From Planctomycetota bacterium (GTDB taxonomy: Bacteria > Planctomycetota > UBA1135 > UBA2386), in NCBI GenBank assembly GCA_016794425.1, contig JAEUHR010000025.1:155041-219040 (forward strand): DNA of 64,000 nucleotides, written 5' to 3'. This document shows positions 8,358-15,968 of this stretch, one piece after another. Positions within the stretch are counted from its first letter, which is position 1. Each line of letters opens with the position of its first letter. The translations under genes were made by a program, and so were the position numbers. The notes under the pieces are model-generated. The model did no database searches. It was not told the DNA's origin and worked only from the letters and a program-made list of their open reading frames with translations.

Positions 8358-10133
8358 GTGGCACGGATGGCTCGCAAACTGAAAGGCATCGCCGCAGCGC
8401 CCGGCGTCGCGATCGCGCCGGTGGTGCACTTCCATCCGACGCTCGACCACATCCCGACCTGGAAGGTCGGTCCGGACGCCGTCGAAGGCGAGCGGCAGCG
8501 CTTCGCGTCGGCCGTGCAGGAAGTCACGGCCAGCCTGGTCGGCATCCAGCGCGAGCTCGCCAGCTCGATCGGTTCGCACGAAGCCCGCATCTACGACGCG
8601 CAGCTGGCGATCCTGCACGACCAGCGGTTCGGCCACGACGTCGAGCAGGAGGTGCGCCAGCACGGCGTCAACCTCGAGGTCGCGCTGCAGCGCGTGATCG
8701 CGCGCTACGAGGCGGTGTTCACCGCGATGGAGAATCCGGCGATGCGCGAACGCGCCGCCGACCTGCGCGACATCGGCCGGCAGCTGGTCGGCGCGCTGAC
8801 CGCGACCGAGCGCGGCAAGTACACCGCCAACGGCCGCGACTACCTGTTCGTCGCCGACGAGTTCCTGCCGAGCGACGCGGGCCTGCTCGACCGCGACCAC
8901 CTGCGCGGCATCGTCACCGCGCACGGCGGCAAGTATTCGCACGGCGCGATCCTGGCGCGCTCGATGGGCATCCCGGCCGTGGTCGGCGTCGAGCCGATCG
9001 TGCTCGACTCGACGACCGGCGTCGAGGCGATCGTCGACGGCGACGCCGGCATCGTGATCCTCGACCCGACGCCGGAGCAGCGCGCCGAGTACGAACGCAC
9101 GATGCGGGACCAGCGCGCGGTCGAGCGCCGCGTCGCCGAGGTGCGGTTCCAGCCGTCGGTGACCAGCGACGGCACGCGCGTGCAGTTGCAGGCCAACGTC
9201 GAGGGCGTGCGCGACCTCGACAGCCTCGAGACCGACGCGATCAGCGGCATCGGCCTGTTCCGCACCGAGTTCGCGTTCATGGAACGGCGGCAGTTCCCGA
9301 CCGAGGACGAACAGGTCGCGATGTACCGCCGCGCGATGGAGGGCGCGAAGGGCAAGCCGGTCACCTTCCGCACGCTCGACGTCGGCGGCGACAAGCCGCT
9401 CGGCTACTTCCGCATGCCCGACGAGCGCAATCCGGTGCTCGGCTGGCGCGGCATCCGGCTGGCGCTCGACTGGCCCGACATCCTCTACACGCAGATGCGT
9501 GCGATCCTGCGCGCCAGCGCGCTCGGCCACGCGCGGATCCTGCTGCCGATGGTGACGACCCGCAGCGAAGTCGTGCGGTGCCGCGAGGTGCTCGACCAGC
9601 TGAAGGCCGACCTGCGCGCCAACTCGGTGCCGCACGACCGCGAGATCGAGTTCGGCGTCATGGTCGAGGTGCCGGTGCTGGTGTCGGTGCTGTCCGACCT
9701 GCTGCCGCTGGTCGACTTCGTGTCGGTCGGCACCAACGACCTCGTGCAGTACCTGCTGGCCGTCGACCGCGACAACCAGCGGGTCGCGAAGATGTACGAC
9801 CCGTTCCACCCGGGCGTGCTGCGCGTGCTGCAGCAGATCGCGGCCGCCGCGACTGCGGCCGACAAGCCGGCGTCGATCTGCGGCGAGATCGCCGGCGACC
9901 ACTGGTTCACGCCGCTGCTGCTCGGCATGGGCTTCCGCGAGCTGTCGATGGCGCCGGTGTTCCTGCCGCGCGTGAAGCTGATGCTGCGCAGCTTCACGCT
10001 GACCGAGTGTGCCGATCTGGCGGCGCGCGCGATCGCGTGTCCGTCGACGGCCGCGGTGCGCAAGCTGGTCAAGGAAGAGATCGAGGTCCGCTGGACGCGG
10101 TTGCTCGGCGCCGCCGAGGAGCGGCGGCAGTGA
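8358..10133 (+). CDS. ptsI: Phosphoenolpyruvate-protein phosphotransferase (PTS enzyme I)
   Basis: KGIAAAPGVAIAPV. Phospho-histidine region TAHGGKYSHGAILARSMGIPAVVG. PEP-utilising C-terminal domain (FRTEF, SVGTNDLVQYLLAVDR, ICGEIAGD). The start is GTG 8358 or ATG 8367. Confidence 0.93.
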   Translation: MARMARKLKGIAAAPGVAIAPVVHFHPTLDHIPTWKVGPDAVEGERQRFASAVQEVTASLVGIQRELASSIGSHEARIYDAQLAILHDQRFGHDVEQEVRQHGVNLEVALQRVIARYEAVFTAMENPAMRERAADLRDIGRQLVGALTATERGKYTANGRDYLFVADEFLPSDAGLLDRDHLRGIVTAHGGKYSHGAILARSMGIPAVVGVEPIVLDSTTGVEAIVDGDAGIVILDPTPEQRAEYERTMRDQRAVERRVAEVRFQPSVTSDGTRVQLQANVEGVRDLDSLETDAISGIGLFRTEFAFMERRQFPTEDEQVAMYRRAMEGAKGKPVTFRTLDVGGDKPLGYFRMPDERNPVLGWRGIRLALDWPDILYTQMRAILRASALGHARILLPMVTTRSEVVRCREVLDQLKADLRANSVPHDREIEFGVMVEVPVLVSVLSDLLPLVDFVSVGTNDLVQYLLAVDRDNQRVAKMYDPFHPGVLRVLQQIAAAATAADKPASICGEIAGDHWFTPLLLGMGFRELSMAPVFLPRVKLMLRSFTLTECADLAARAIACPSTAAVRKLVKEEIEVRWTRLLGAAEERRQ

Positions 10134-10861
10134 CCGAACGCCCGCTGCGCGGCGGCAACTGGAGCGTGCAGGAGCTGGAGCGTCTGCGCCTGCTGCTGCC
10201 GCGGCGCGGCGTCGCCGCGACGGCGCTGCTGCTGCGGCGCTCGCCCGAAGCGACCGCGCGCAAGGCGTTGCAGCTGCTGCGCGTGCCACCGCGGCGCGGC
10301 GCGTGGACCGACAGCGACGACGCGCGGCTGCGCGAGGCCTGGGGCGCCGTCGAGCTGCGGCTGCTGGCGCCGATGCTGGGTCGCACGCAGGCCGAAGTCC
10401 GGCGCCGGGCGGTCGAGCTCGGGGCGCGACCGCGCACCGGGCCGTGGACGCGCAGCGAGATCCAGGCGCTGAAGGACCTCTACGGCACGCGCCGCGACGC
10501 CGACCTCGAGGTCTGCCTGCTGCGGCCGGCCGCGGAGATCGCCGCGCGGGCGCGTTCGCTGTGCCTGGCCAAGGACAAGCGCTTCGCCGCGCGCGCCCAG
10601 GCCGCCGAGGCGGCGCCGGTGGCCGCCGTCGCGCGCCTGCGCATGCCGCGCTGGACCCACGCCGAGGAAGCGCGGTTGCGCGAGCTCTACGCCGACCGCG
10701 ACAACCTCGCCGTCGCGCGCGAGCTGGGGCGCACGGTCGCCAGCATCGCCAACAAGGCGAACCTGCTGGGACTCAAGAAGAGCTCCGCGGTCCTGGCCGC
10801 GATCGGCCGCACGAACATCGAAGCGCGCTACGGCCGCGGCGAGGCGGCGGCCGAGCAGTAG
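10130..10861 (+). CDS. Protein with four tandem Myb/SANT-like helix-turn-helix repeats
   Basis: The GTG at 10130 overlaps the ptsI stop (GTGA). Four repeats are spaced about 55 aa apart: GNWSVQELERLRLL, GAWTDSDDARLREAW, GPWTRSEIQALKDLY and PRWTHAEEARLRELY. Each is followed by a short helix ending in a basic stretch. Confidence 0.65.
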   Translation: MTERPLRGGNWSVQELERLRLLLPRRGVAATALLLRRSPEATARKALQLLRVPPRRGAWTDSDDARLREAWGAVELRLLAPMLGRTQAEVRRRAVELGARPRTGPWTRSEIQALKDLYGTRRDADLEVCLLRPAAEIAARARSLCLAKDKRFAARAQAAEAAPVAAVARLRMPRWTHAEEARLRELYADRDNLAVARELGRTVASIANKANLLGLKKSSAVLAAIGRTNIEARYGRGEAAAEQ

Positions 10862-11007
10862 TCGGCACCGGCGGCGGTCGGACCGGCCGGCGCCACCGGG
10901 CGGCGGGCGGATTTTCGGGCCCGAAGCTCAATTCCGGAGGCGGCTGGCGCCGATGCACCCGGGGCGCGTGCCAAGCGAACAGGGCGCGTGCTCACCGAGG
11001 ATACGCC

Positions 11008-11397
11008 ATGGAAATCGTTGGGAAGAAGAGCCAGGGGCTGTCGGTCACCGCGCTGAAGGAAGACAAGACGGTCATCATCTCGTTCAACGACCGCAGCTTG
11101 AACTTCTACGTGACCGATGCGCTGAAGGAGTCGCTGAAGGAGACCATCAGCAGCAAGATCGAGGAGGGGTTCGCGCACTTCGTGCTGAACCTGGACAACG
11201 TGAAGATCATCGACAGCTGCGGCGTCGGGCTGATCATCGTTGCCAACAACGTCACGTCCTCGCGCAACACCAAGCTCTATCTGAGCAACATCAAGCCGTT
11301 CATCGTCAAGATCTTCGAGATCATGCGGATCTCGAAGCACCTGTCGATCTACGACACCGAGGACGACGCGCTGCAGGCCATCAAGGCCAGCAAGTGA
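11008..11397 (+). CDS. STAS-domain protein (anti-sigma-factor antagonist / SpoIIAA-like)
   Basis: 129 aa. FVLNLDNVKIIDSCGVGLIIVANN contains the conserved Ser and GxG of STAS. ...IFEIMRISKHLSIYDTEDDALQAI is a typical STAS C-terminus. The amino-acid composition is unusually K/I/N-rich for this genome, but third codon positions stay G/C-rich. Confidence 0.85.
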   Translation: MEIVGKKSQGLSVTALKEDKTVIISFNDRSLNFYVTDALKESLKETISSKIEEGFAHFVLNLDNVKIIDSCGVGLIIVANNVTSSRNTKLYLSNIKPFIVKIFEIMRISKHLSIYDTEDDALQAIKASK

Positions 11398-11433
11398 GAC
11401 CCCGACCGCGGTGGGCCACGGCCGGCCGCGAAG

Positions 11434-13017
11434 GTGGAAGCGATGTCGACCCCGGCCTGCGTGCTGATCGTCGAACCGGACGCAGCCGCGCGGGATCGCC
11501 GCATGGCGCAGGTCGCCGCACACGGTGTTCGCTTCGAGTGCTGCGGTGACCTCGACCAGCTCGCGTTGTGCCGCGGTGCAGCGTCGTTCGACGCGCTGAT
11601 CGTGGCCGAAACGCTGCCGGCGGCCGCTTGGCCCCGGCTGCACGCACTGGCCGACGAGCACGACGCCGTCGTCGTGCTCGGCACCTCGACGGCGCCGACG
11701 CCGCTGCAGTGGCAACTGGCGCTCGAACAGCAGTGCGCTGCCGTGCTGCCGGCCGACGCCGACGCCGCTCTGCTGGCGCGCACTTTGGTCGCGGTCGACG
11801 GGCGCCGTCGGCTCGCGCAGCGTCGCGGCGAAGAGGCGCGCCGCATGCGATTCCAGGCCGACGAGCTGCGGCGCCGTTGTGCGTTCCAGGCCGATCGCCT
11901 GCGTGAGACCCAGGAGACCTTCTTCCTCGACCTGTCGCGGATGATGAACATCATCACCAACATCATGGACGGCATCGTGTTCGTCGACCGTGGCGGCAAC
12001 GTCACGTTGATGAACCCGGCTGCCGAGGATCTGCTCGGCACGAAGTCGTTCGTCGCGATCGGCAAGCCGATCGCCGCGCTGCCCGGCCGCCCGGACCTGG
12101 TCTCGACGCTGGTCGCCGACCACGTGCGGCTGGCGACGCAGAAGGAAGTGATCCAGACCGTCGAGGTCCATCACAACGAACAGGACCTGATCTACGTCAA
12201 GTGCATGACGAGCCGCGTGCTCGACTACCGCGGCCAGCCGGCCGGCGTGCTGACGGTGCTGCGCGACGTGACGGCCGAGTTCAAGACCGACCAGCTGAAG
12301 AACCAGTACCTGTCGATCGTCGCGCACGAGCTGCGCACGCCGCTGACCGGCATCAAGACGTTCGCGACGATGCTGGCCAAGGGCTCGCTGGGCTCGCTCG
12401 GCGAGCACCAGCAGCGCGTCTGCGAGTCGATCCGCGAACAGTCGATCCGGCTCGAACACCAGATCGACAAGCTGATCAACCTCGGCAACCTCGAGTCGGC
12501 CGACTACGGCCAGGACCGCGAGGTCGTGTCGGTCGCCGACTTCGCGGCCGGGCTGCTGGCGCCGTTCGAGCAGCCGGCACGCGACCGCCACATCGAGCTG
12601 ACGTTCCGCGTCGAAGGCGCCGACCGGTCGCTGTTCGCCGACCGGGCCGACCTGCGCCGGGCGTGCCAGGCGCTGATCGAGAACGCCGTGAAGTTCGCCA
12701 AGGACGGCGGCCATGTCGAAGTTCGCATCGCCTCGGCACCGGACGGCGGCCTGCGGTTCGGCGTCCGCGACGACGGCATCGGCATCGATCCCCGGTACCA
12801 CCGGCGGATCTTCGAGAAGTTCTTCCAGGTCGAGGACCCGCTGACGCGCCACCACGGCGGCGCCGGTCTCGGCCTGTTCGTGGCGCGGGGAATCGTCGAG
12901 GCGCACGGAAGCCGCATCGAAATCTCCAGCCAGCTCGGCTCCGGTGCCGATTTCTCCTTCGTGTTGCCGCTGTACGAGCAGACGGTCGACACGTCGACCC
13001 CGGCCGTCACGGCCTAG
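11434..13017 (+). CDS. Sensor histidine kinase: pseudo-receiver, PAS, HisKA, HATPase_c
   Basis: The N-terminus is REC-like (VLIVEPD...FDALIVAETLP) and lacks the acceptor Asp. A PAS-like region follows (ITNIMDGIVFVDRGGNVTLMNPAAEDLLG). The H-box is SIVAHELRTPLTGI. The N, G1 and G2 boxes are LIENAVKFA, DDGIGI and GGAGLGLFVARGIVEAHG. Confidence 0.9.
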   Translation: MEAMSTPACVLIVEPDAAARDRRMAQVAAHGVRFECCGDLDQLALCRGAASFDALIVAETLPAAAWPRLHALADEHDAVVVLGTSTAPTPLQWQLALEQQCAAVLPADADAALLARTLVAVDGRRRLAQRRGEEARRMRFQADELRRRCAFQADRLRETQETFFLDLSRMMNIITNIMDGIVFVDRGGNVTLMNPAAEDLLGTKSFVAIGKPIAALPGRPDLVSTLVADHVRLATQKEVIQTVEVHHNEQDLIYVKCMTSRVLDYRGQPAGVLTVLRDVTAEFKTDQLKNQYLSIVAHELRTPLTGIKTFATMLAKGSLGSLGEHQQRVCESIREQSIRLEHQIDKLINLGNLESADYGQDREVVSVADFAAGLLAPFEQPARDRHIELTFRVEGADRSLFADRADLRRACQALIENAVKFAKDGGHVEVRIASAPDGGLRFGVRDDGIGIDPRYHRRIFEKFFQVEDPLTRHHGGAGLGLFVARGIVEAHGSRIEISSQLGSGADFSFVLPLYEQTVDTSTPAVTA

Positions 13018-13031
13018 CAGTGGAGAGTGTG

Positions 13032-13406
13032 ATGCAACGAACCGTACTGATCATCGAAGACGAGAAGCTGATCATCGTCTCCACCCAGATGGTGCTGGAA
13101 GCCGCGGGCTTCCGGGTCGAGTCCGCGACCAACGGCGAGGACGGCATCGCGAAAGCGAAGTCGCACGCGCCGGACCTGATCCTGCTCGACATCATGATGC
13201 CGGGCATCGACGGGTGGGAGACGCTGACGCGGCTGAAGCGCGACGCGGCGACGGCCGGCATCCCGGTGGTGATCTTCACGGCGCGCGAGCATTCGCGCGG
13301 CCATCAGAAGAGCGCCGAGATGGGGGCCGCGGACTACTTCCGCAAGCCGTTCGAGCCCGACGAGCTCATCGAGCTGGTCGAGAAGCACTGCAGCCAGCGC
13401 GCCTGA
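13032..13406 (+). CDS. Single-domain CheY-like response regulator
   Basis: VLIIEDEKLI...PDLILLDIMMPGIDGWE...PVVIFTA...ADYFRKPFEPDEL is a complete receiver domain with no output domain. Confidence 0.9.
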   Translation: MQRTVLIIEDEKLIIVSTQMVLEAAGFRVESATNGEDGIAKAKSHAPDLILLDIMMPGIDGWETLTRLKRDAATAGIPVVIFTAREHSRGHQKSAEMGAADYFRKPFEPDELIELVEKHCSQRA

Positions 13407-13437
13407 CCGGCGCGCCGCCGCTGCGGTCCGCCCGACC

Positions 13438-14511
13438 ATGGTCGCCGCCTGGCAACTGCAGCAGTGCGTGACCACGCTGTGGTCGCTGGTCGGTTCGTGC
13501 CGTGACGGCCACGAGCCGGCCGAACGCCGCGCCGCCGCCGAAGCCGCCGCCGCCGCGCTGGCGAGCGCCGGGGGTCCGCTGCAGGCGCTGCACCTGGCCG
13601 AGAACGGCGGGGCGCTGCAGGCCAACGGCGTGCCGCTGCCGCTCGACGTGCCGGTGTTCGCGGCGGCGTCCGGCCTCGCCGCGCTGCTGCGGGACCTCGA
13701 TCTCGACTACGTCTGCTTCGACGGCGGCGTCGCCGCCGACGAACTGCTGGCGTGGGGCGAACGCTGCGCCGCGGCGCAGCAGGCCGGACGGCCGCTGGCG
13801 CGACCGATGCTGGCGCCGCTCGGGCCGAGCGTGCACGACGCCGGGCGCCGGGTGTCGGTCGCCGACACCGCGCGCACGGCCGGCCGGCGCGATGAAGCGG
13901 GCGAACAGACCGACTCGCGCCTGCGGTCGGTGTTCCTGCAGTTCCACCTGATGCACGGTCTCGGCAGTGACGGTCTGGTGCCGCCCGGCATCGCCAAGGT
14001 CGTCGTGCAGGCGATCGTCGATCGGCTGCTGCTGCTGCCCGGCGGGCTCGAACCGCTGATGCTGCTGCAGCGGGATCCGGCGCGCCTGCGCCGCGCGACC
14101 GAGGTCGCGGTGCTGGCGGTCGTGATCGCACGCACCGCCGGCTGGCCCGACGACCGGCTCGCCGACGTCGGCGGCGCCGCGCTGCTGCACGACCTCGGCG
14201 CGGTGCTCGACGCGAGGCGGCCGGGACCGGCGGGCTTCCGCTGGCTGCTGCAGCGCGGCAGCGACGACTTCTGGCTGCGCGCGGCGCTGGTGTCGCGCTG
14301 GTGGCGCGACGATCAGGTCGTCGGCGGCAGCGACGGACTGACCGACGCCGGCACAGCCGCGGTGGTGCGGCTGGCGACGATCCTCGCCGCGGCGACGGCG
14401 CGCGGGGAAGGCTCGGCGACGGTGCGCGACCGGTTGCGGGCCGGCGCGGCCGAGCCGCTGGCGCCGGAACTGGTCGCGGTCGCCGACGCGGCGCTGGCGG
14501 CGCTCGGCTGA
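13438..14511 (+). CDS. HD-domain (degenerate HD-GYP-like) signalling protein
   Basis: The C-terminal half has VAVLAVVIARTAGW....GGAALLHDLG, an HD motif in a helical context. The N-terminal half is unassigned. It follows the kinase/regulator pair on the same strand. Confidence 0.55.
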   Translation: MVAAWQLQQCVTTLWSLVGSCRDGHEPAERRAAAEAAAAALASAGGPLQALHLAENGGALQANGVPLPLDVPVFAAASGLAALLRDLDLDYVCFDGGVAADELLAWGERCAAAQQAGRPLARPMLAPLGPSVHDAGRRVSVADTARTAGRRDEAGEQTDSRLRSVFLQFHLMHGLGSDGLVPPGIAKVVVQAIVDRLLLLPGGLEPLMLLQRDPARLRRATEVAVLAVVIARTAGWPDDRLADVGGAALLHDLGAVLDARRPGPAGFRWLLQRGSDDFWLRAALVSRWWRDDQVVGGSDGLTDAGTAAVVRLATILAAATARGEGSATVRDRLRAGAAEPLAPELVAVADAALAALG

Positions 14512-14517
14512 GATGGG

Positions 14518-14534
14518 ATGAGAGGGTCGGTCGC
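14518..14534. repeat. Left subterminal inverted repeat of the IS (atgagagggtcggtcgc)
   Basis: It is the perfect reverse complement of 15932-15948. Confidence 0.85.
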
Positions 14535-14589
14535 TCCGACGCAGTCGCCCACAATGGGTGCTGCACGAAAAATGGAGCAAGACCGACCC

Positions 14590-15660
14590 ATGACTCAGCC
14601 TACTCGTTCGACGTCCCCCGTGACCATCGGCCTCGACACCGGCGACCGCACAATCCACTACTGCGCCCTGGAAGCACGCGAGGTTTGCGGGCGCGGCGTT
14701 TGCCCGACGACCCGCGAAGGGCTGGACGAGGCGCTCGCGAAGTGGCCTGGCGCGCGTGTGGTGCTGGAAGCGGGCTCGCAGTCGGCTTGGATTGCTCGAC
14801 ACCTGAGGTCGCGGGGCTTCGACGTCCACGTAGTCGACCCGCGGCGGGTGCAGCTGATCTCGAAGGATCCGCGCAAGACAGACCGGCGCGACGCCGAGTT
14901 GCTGGCCCGCCTCGAGAGCGGAATGCCGGAGCTACTCGGGAGGGTGCACCACCGAGGCGAGCAGGCTCAGGCAGACCTGGCCATGATCCGTGCCCGCGAC
15001 CAGTTGGTGCGGGTGCGGAATTCGTTGGTGCAATGCGTCCGTGGACTGACGAAGTCCTTCGGGCTGCGCCTCCCATCTGCGACGACGTCGGCCTTCGGCA
15101 AGCGTGTCCGCGAGTTAGTGCCAGCAGCACTGCTGCCCGCAGTTGAGGTCGTGCTGGCACAGGTCGATGCGTTGACGGCATCGATCCGTGAACTCGACCG
15201 CCGCGTCGCACGAGTGGCCAAGGAGCGCTACCCAGAGGTCGCCAGGCTGCAACAGGTGCACGGCGTCGGTCCGGTCACCGCAGCCGCCTTCGTGCTGACG
15301 ATCGAAGAGCCGACGCGCTTCGACGACAGTCGCCGCGTTGGATCGTGGATCGGCCTGTGCCCGCGCGTCCACGCATCCGGCGACAGCAACCCCGAACTCG
15401 GGATCAGCAAATCGGGCGACGGCTACTTGCGCCGCTTGCTGGTGCAGTGCGCCCAGTACATCCTGGGGCACTTCGGCAAGGACAGCGAACTACGCCGCTT
15501 CGGATTGAAGCTGGCCGCCCGAGGCGGCCGCGCCGCGAAGAAGAAGGCCGTGACCGCGGTGGCCAGGAAACTGGCCGTGCTACTGCATCGCATCTGGCGA
15601 CGCGGTCTGACCTACGACCCCTTCCACAACACCAACCGGCAGGCGGCCCTGGCCGTCTGA
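14590..15660 (+). CDS. IS110-family transposase/recombinase (DEDD N-domain plus Transposase_20 C-domain)
   Basis: VTIGLDTGDRTIHYC, VVLEAGSQSAW, KTDRRDAELLARL, then LQQVHGVGPVTAAAFVLTIEEPTRFDDSRRVGSWIGLCPRVHASGD...ISKSGDGYLRRLLVQCA. The start is ATG 14590; an alternative is ATG 14572. Confidence 0.93.
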   Translation: MTQPTRSTSPVTIGLDTGDRTIHYCALEAREVCGRGVCPTTREGLDEALAKWPGARVVLEAGSQSAWIARHLRSRGFDVHVVDPRRVQLISKDPRKTDRRDAELLARLESGMPELLGRVHHRGEQAQADLAMIRARDQLVRVRNSLVQCVRGLTKSFGLRLPSATTSAFGKRVRELVPAALLPAVEVVLAQVDALTASIRELDRRVARVAKERYPEVARLQQVHGVGPVTAAAFVLTIEEPTRFDDSRRVGSWIGLCPRVHASGDSNPELGISKSGDGYLRRLLVQCAQYILGHFGKDSELRRFGLKLAARGGRAAKKKAVTAVARKLAVLLHRIWRRGLTYDPFHNTNRQAALAV

Positions 15661-15724
15661 GCGATCCCCGAAACCGAACAACGTGAGGAGCCTGACCTGA
15701 CCGCTACTCCCGCAAGCTGAAGAC

Positions 15725-15900
15725 TCACCGCCCGATCCCGGCGACTGCGACGGCGCTCTGGTCCTCGAGACCGTGGCTGAGATCGCAGCGCCGGATCGGA
15801 CGGATCCCAAGGTGCACCGGCCTCCGAATGAGGCCTTCAACGAGTGCGGATGGAAGTCTGCGGAGTCCGAAGCAACCGGCGGGATCGGCGCCAAGGCGCC
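15725..15900 (+). ncRNA. Candidate IS1111-type bridge (guide) RNA in the 3' non-coding arm of the IS
   Basis: This is a non-coding stretch with no credible ORF. A 9-bp long-range stem pairs 15732-15740 with 15880-15888. A local hairpin ggcctc-cgaat-gaggcc lies at 15819-15835. Two segments are identical to the flanks of the element: ggctgagat (15775-15783 equals 14506-14514) and gatggaag (15849-15856 equals the reconstructed empty site ...gatgg|aag...). Strand and ends are inferred, not demonstrated. Confidence 0.35.
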
Positions 15901-15931
15901 AGGCCCTCGCGATCAAACTCTGGCAGTTGAC

Positions 15932-15948
15932 GCGACCGACCCTCTCAT
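15932..15948. repeat. Right subterminal inverted repeat of the IS (gcgaccgaccctctcat)
   Basis: It is the perfect reverse complement of 14518-14534. Confidence 0.85.
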
Positions 15949-15953
15949 GGAAG

Positions 15954-15968
15954 CCGTGCCGGGCACGG
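15954..15968 (-). terminator. GC palindrome ccgtgcc-g-ggcacgg immediately 3' of the permease stop codon; possible terminator hairpin or REP-like IS target
   Basis: The palindrome was read directly. It abuts the stop codon at 15969-15971 on the minus strand and lies 3-4 bp from the IS right end. There is no U-run. Confidence 0.3.

Larger units (their letters stand above)
14513..15950 (+). mobile_element. IS110-family insertion sequence, IS1111-like organisation
   Basis: A DEDD-type transposase gene is flanked by perfect 17-bp inverted repeats at 14518-14534 and 15932-15948. ATGG is present just outside or overlapping both repeats (14513-16 and 15947-50). The 5' non-coding end is short (about 75 bp) and the 3' non-coding end is long (about 290 bp). 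GC is locally lower. The element sits between the stop of the HD gene and the stop of the convergent permease gene. Exact ends are uncertain by a few nt. Confidence 0.8.

Noticed and set aside
8359-8376. TGGCAC at 8359-8364, resembling a sigma-54 -24 element upstream of ptsI.
   Set aside because: There is no GC dinucleotide at the required -12 spacing (the position reads TC). The motif also overlaps the GTG/ATG start codons of ptsI itself.
11008-11397. Locally lower GC of the STAS gene, as a sign of horizontal transfer.
   Set aside because: Reading the codons shows third positions are still almost all G/C. The dip comes from a Lys/Ile/Asn-rich amino-acid composition typical of STAS domains, not from foreign codon usage.
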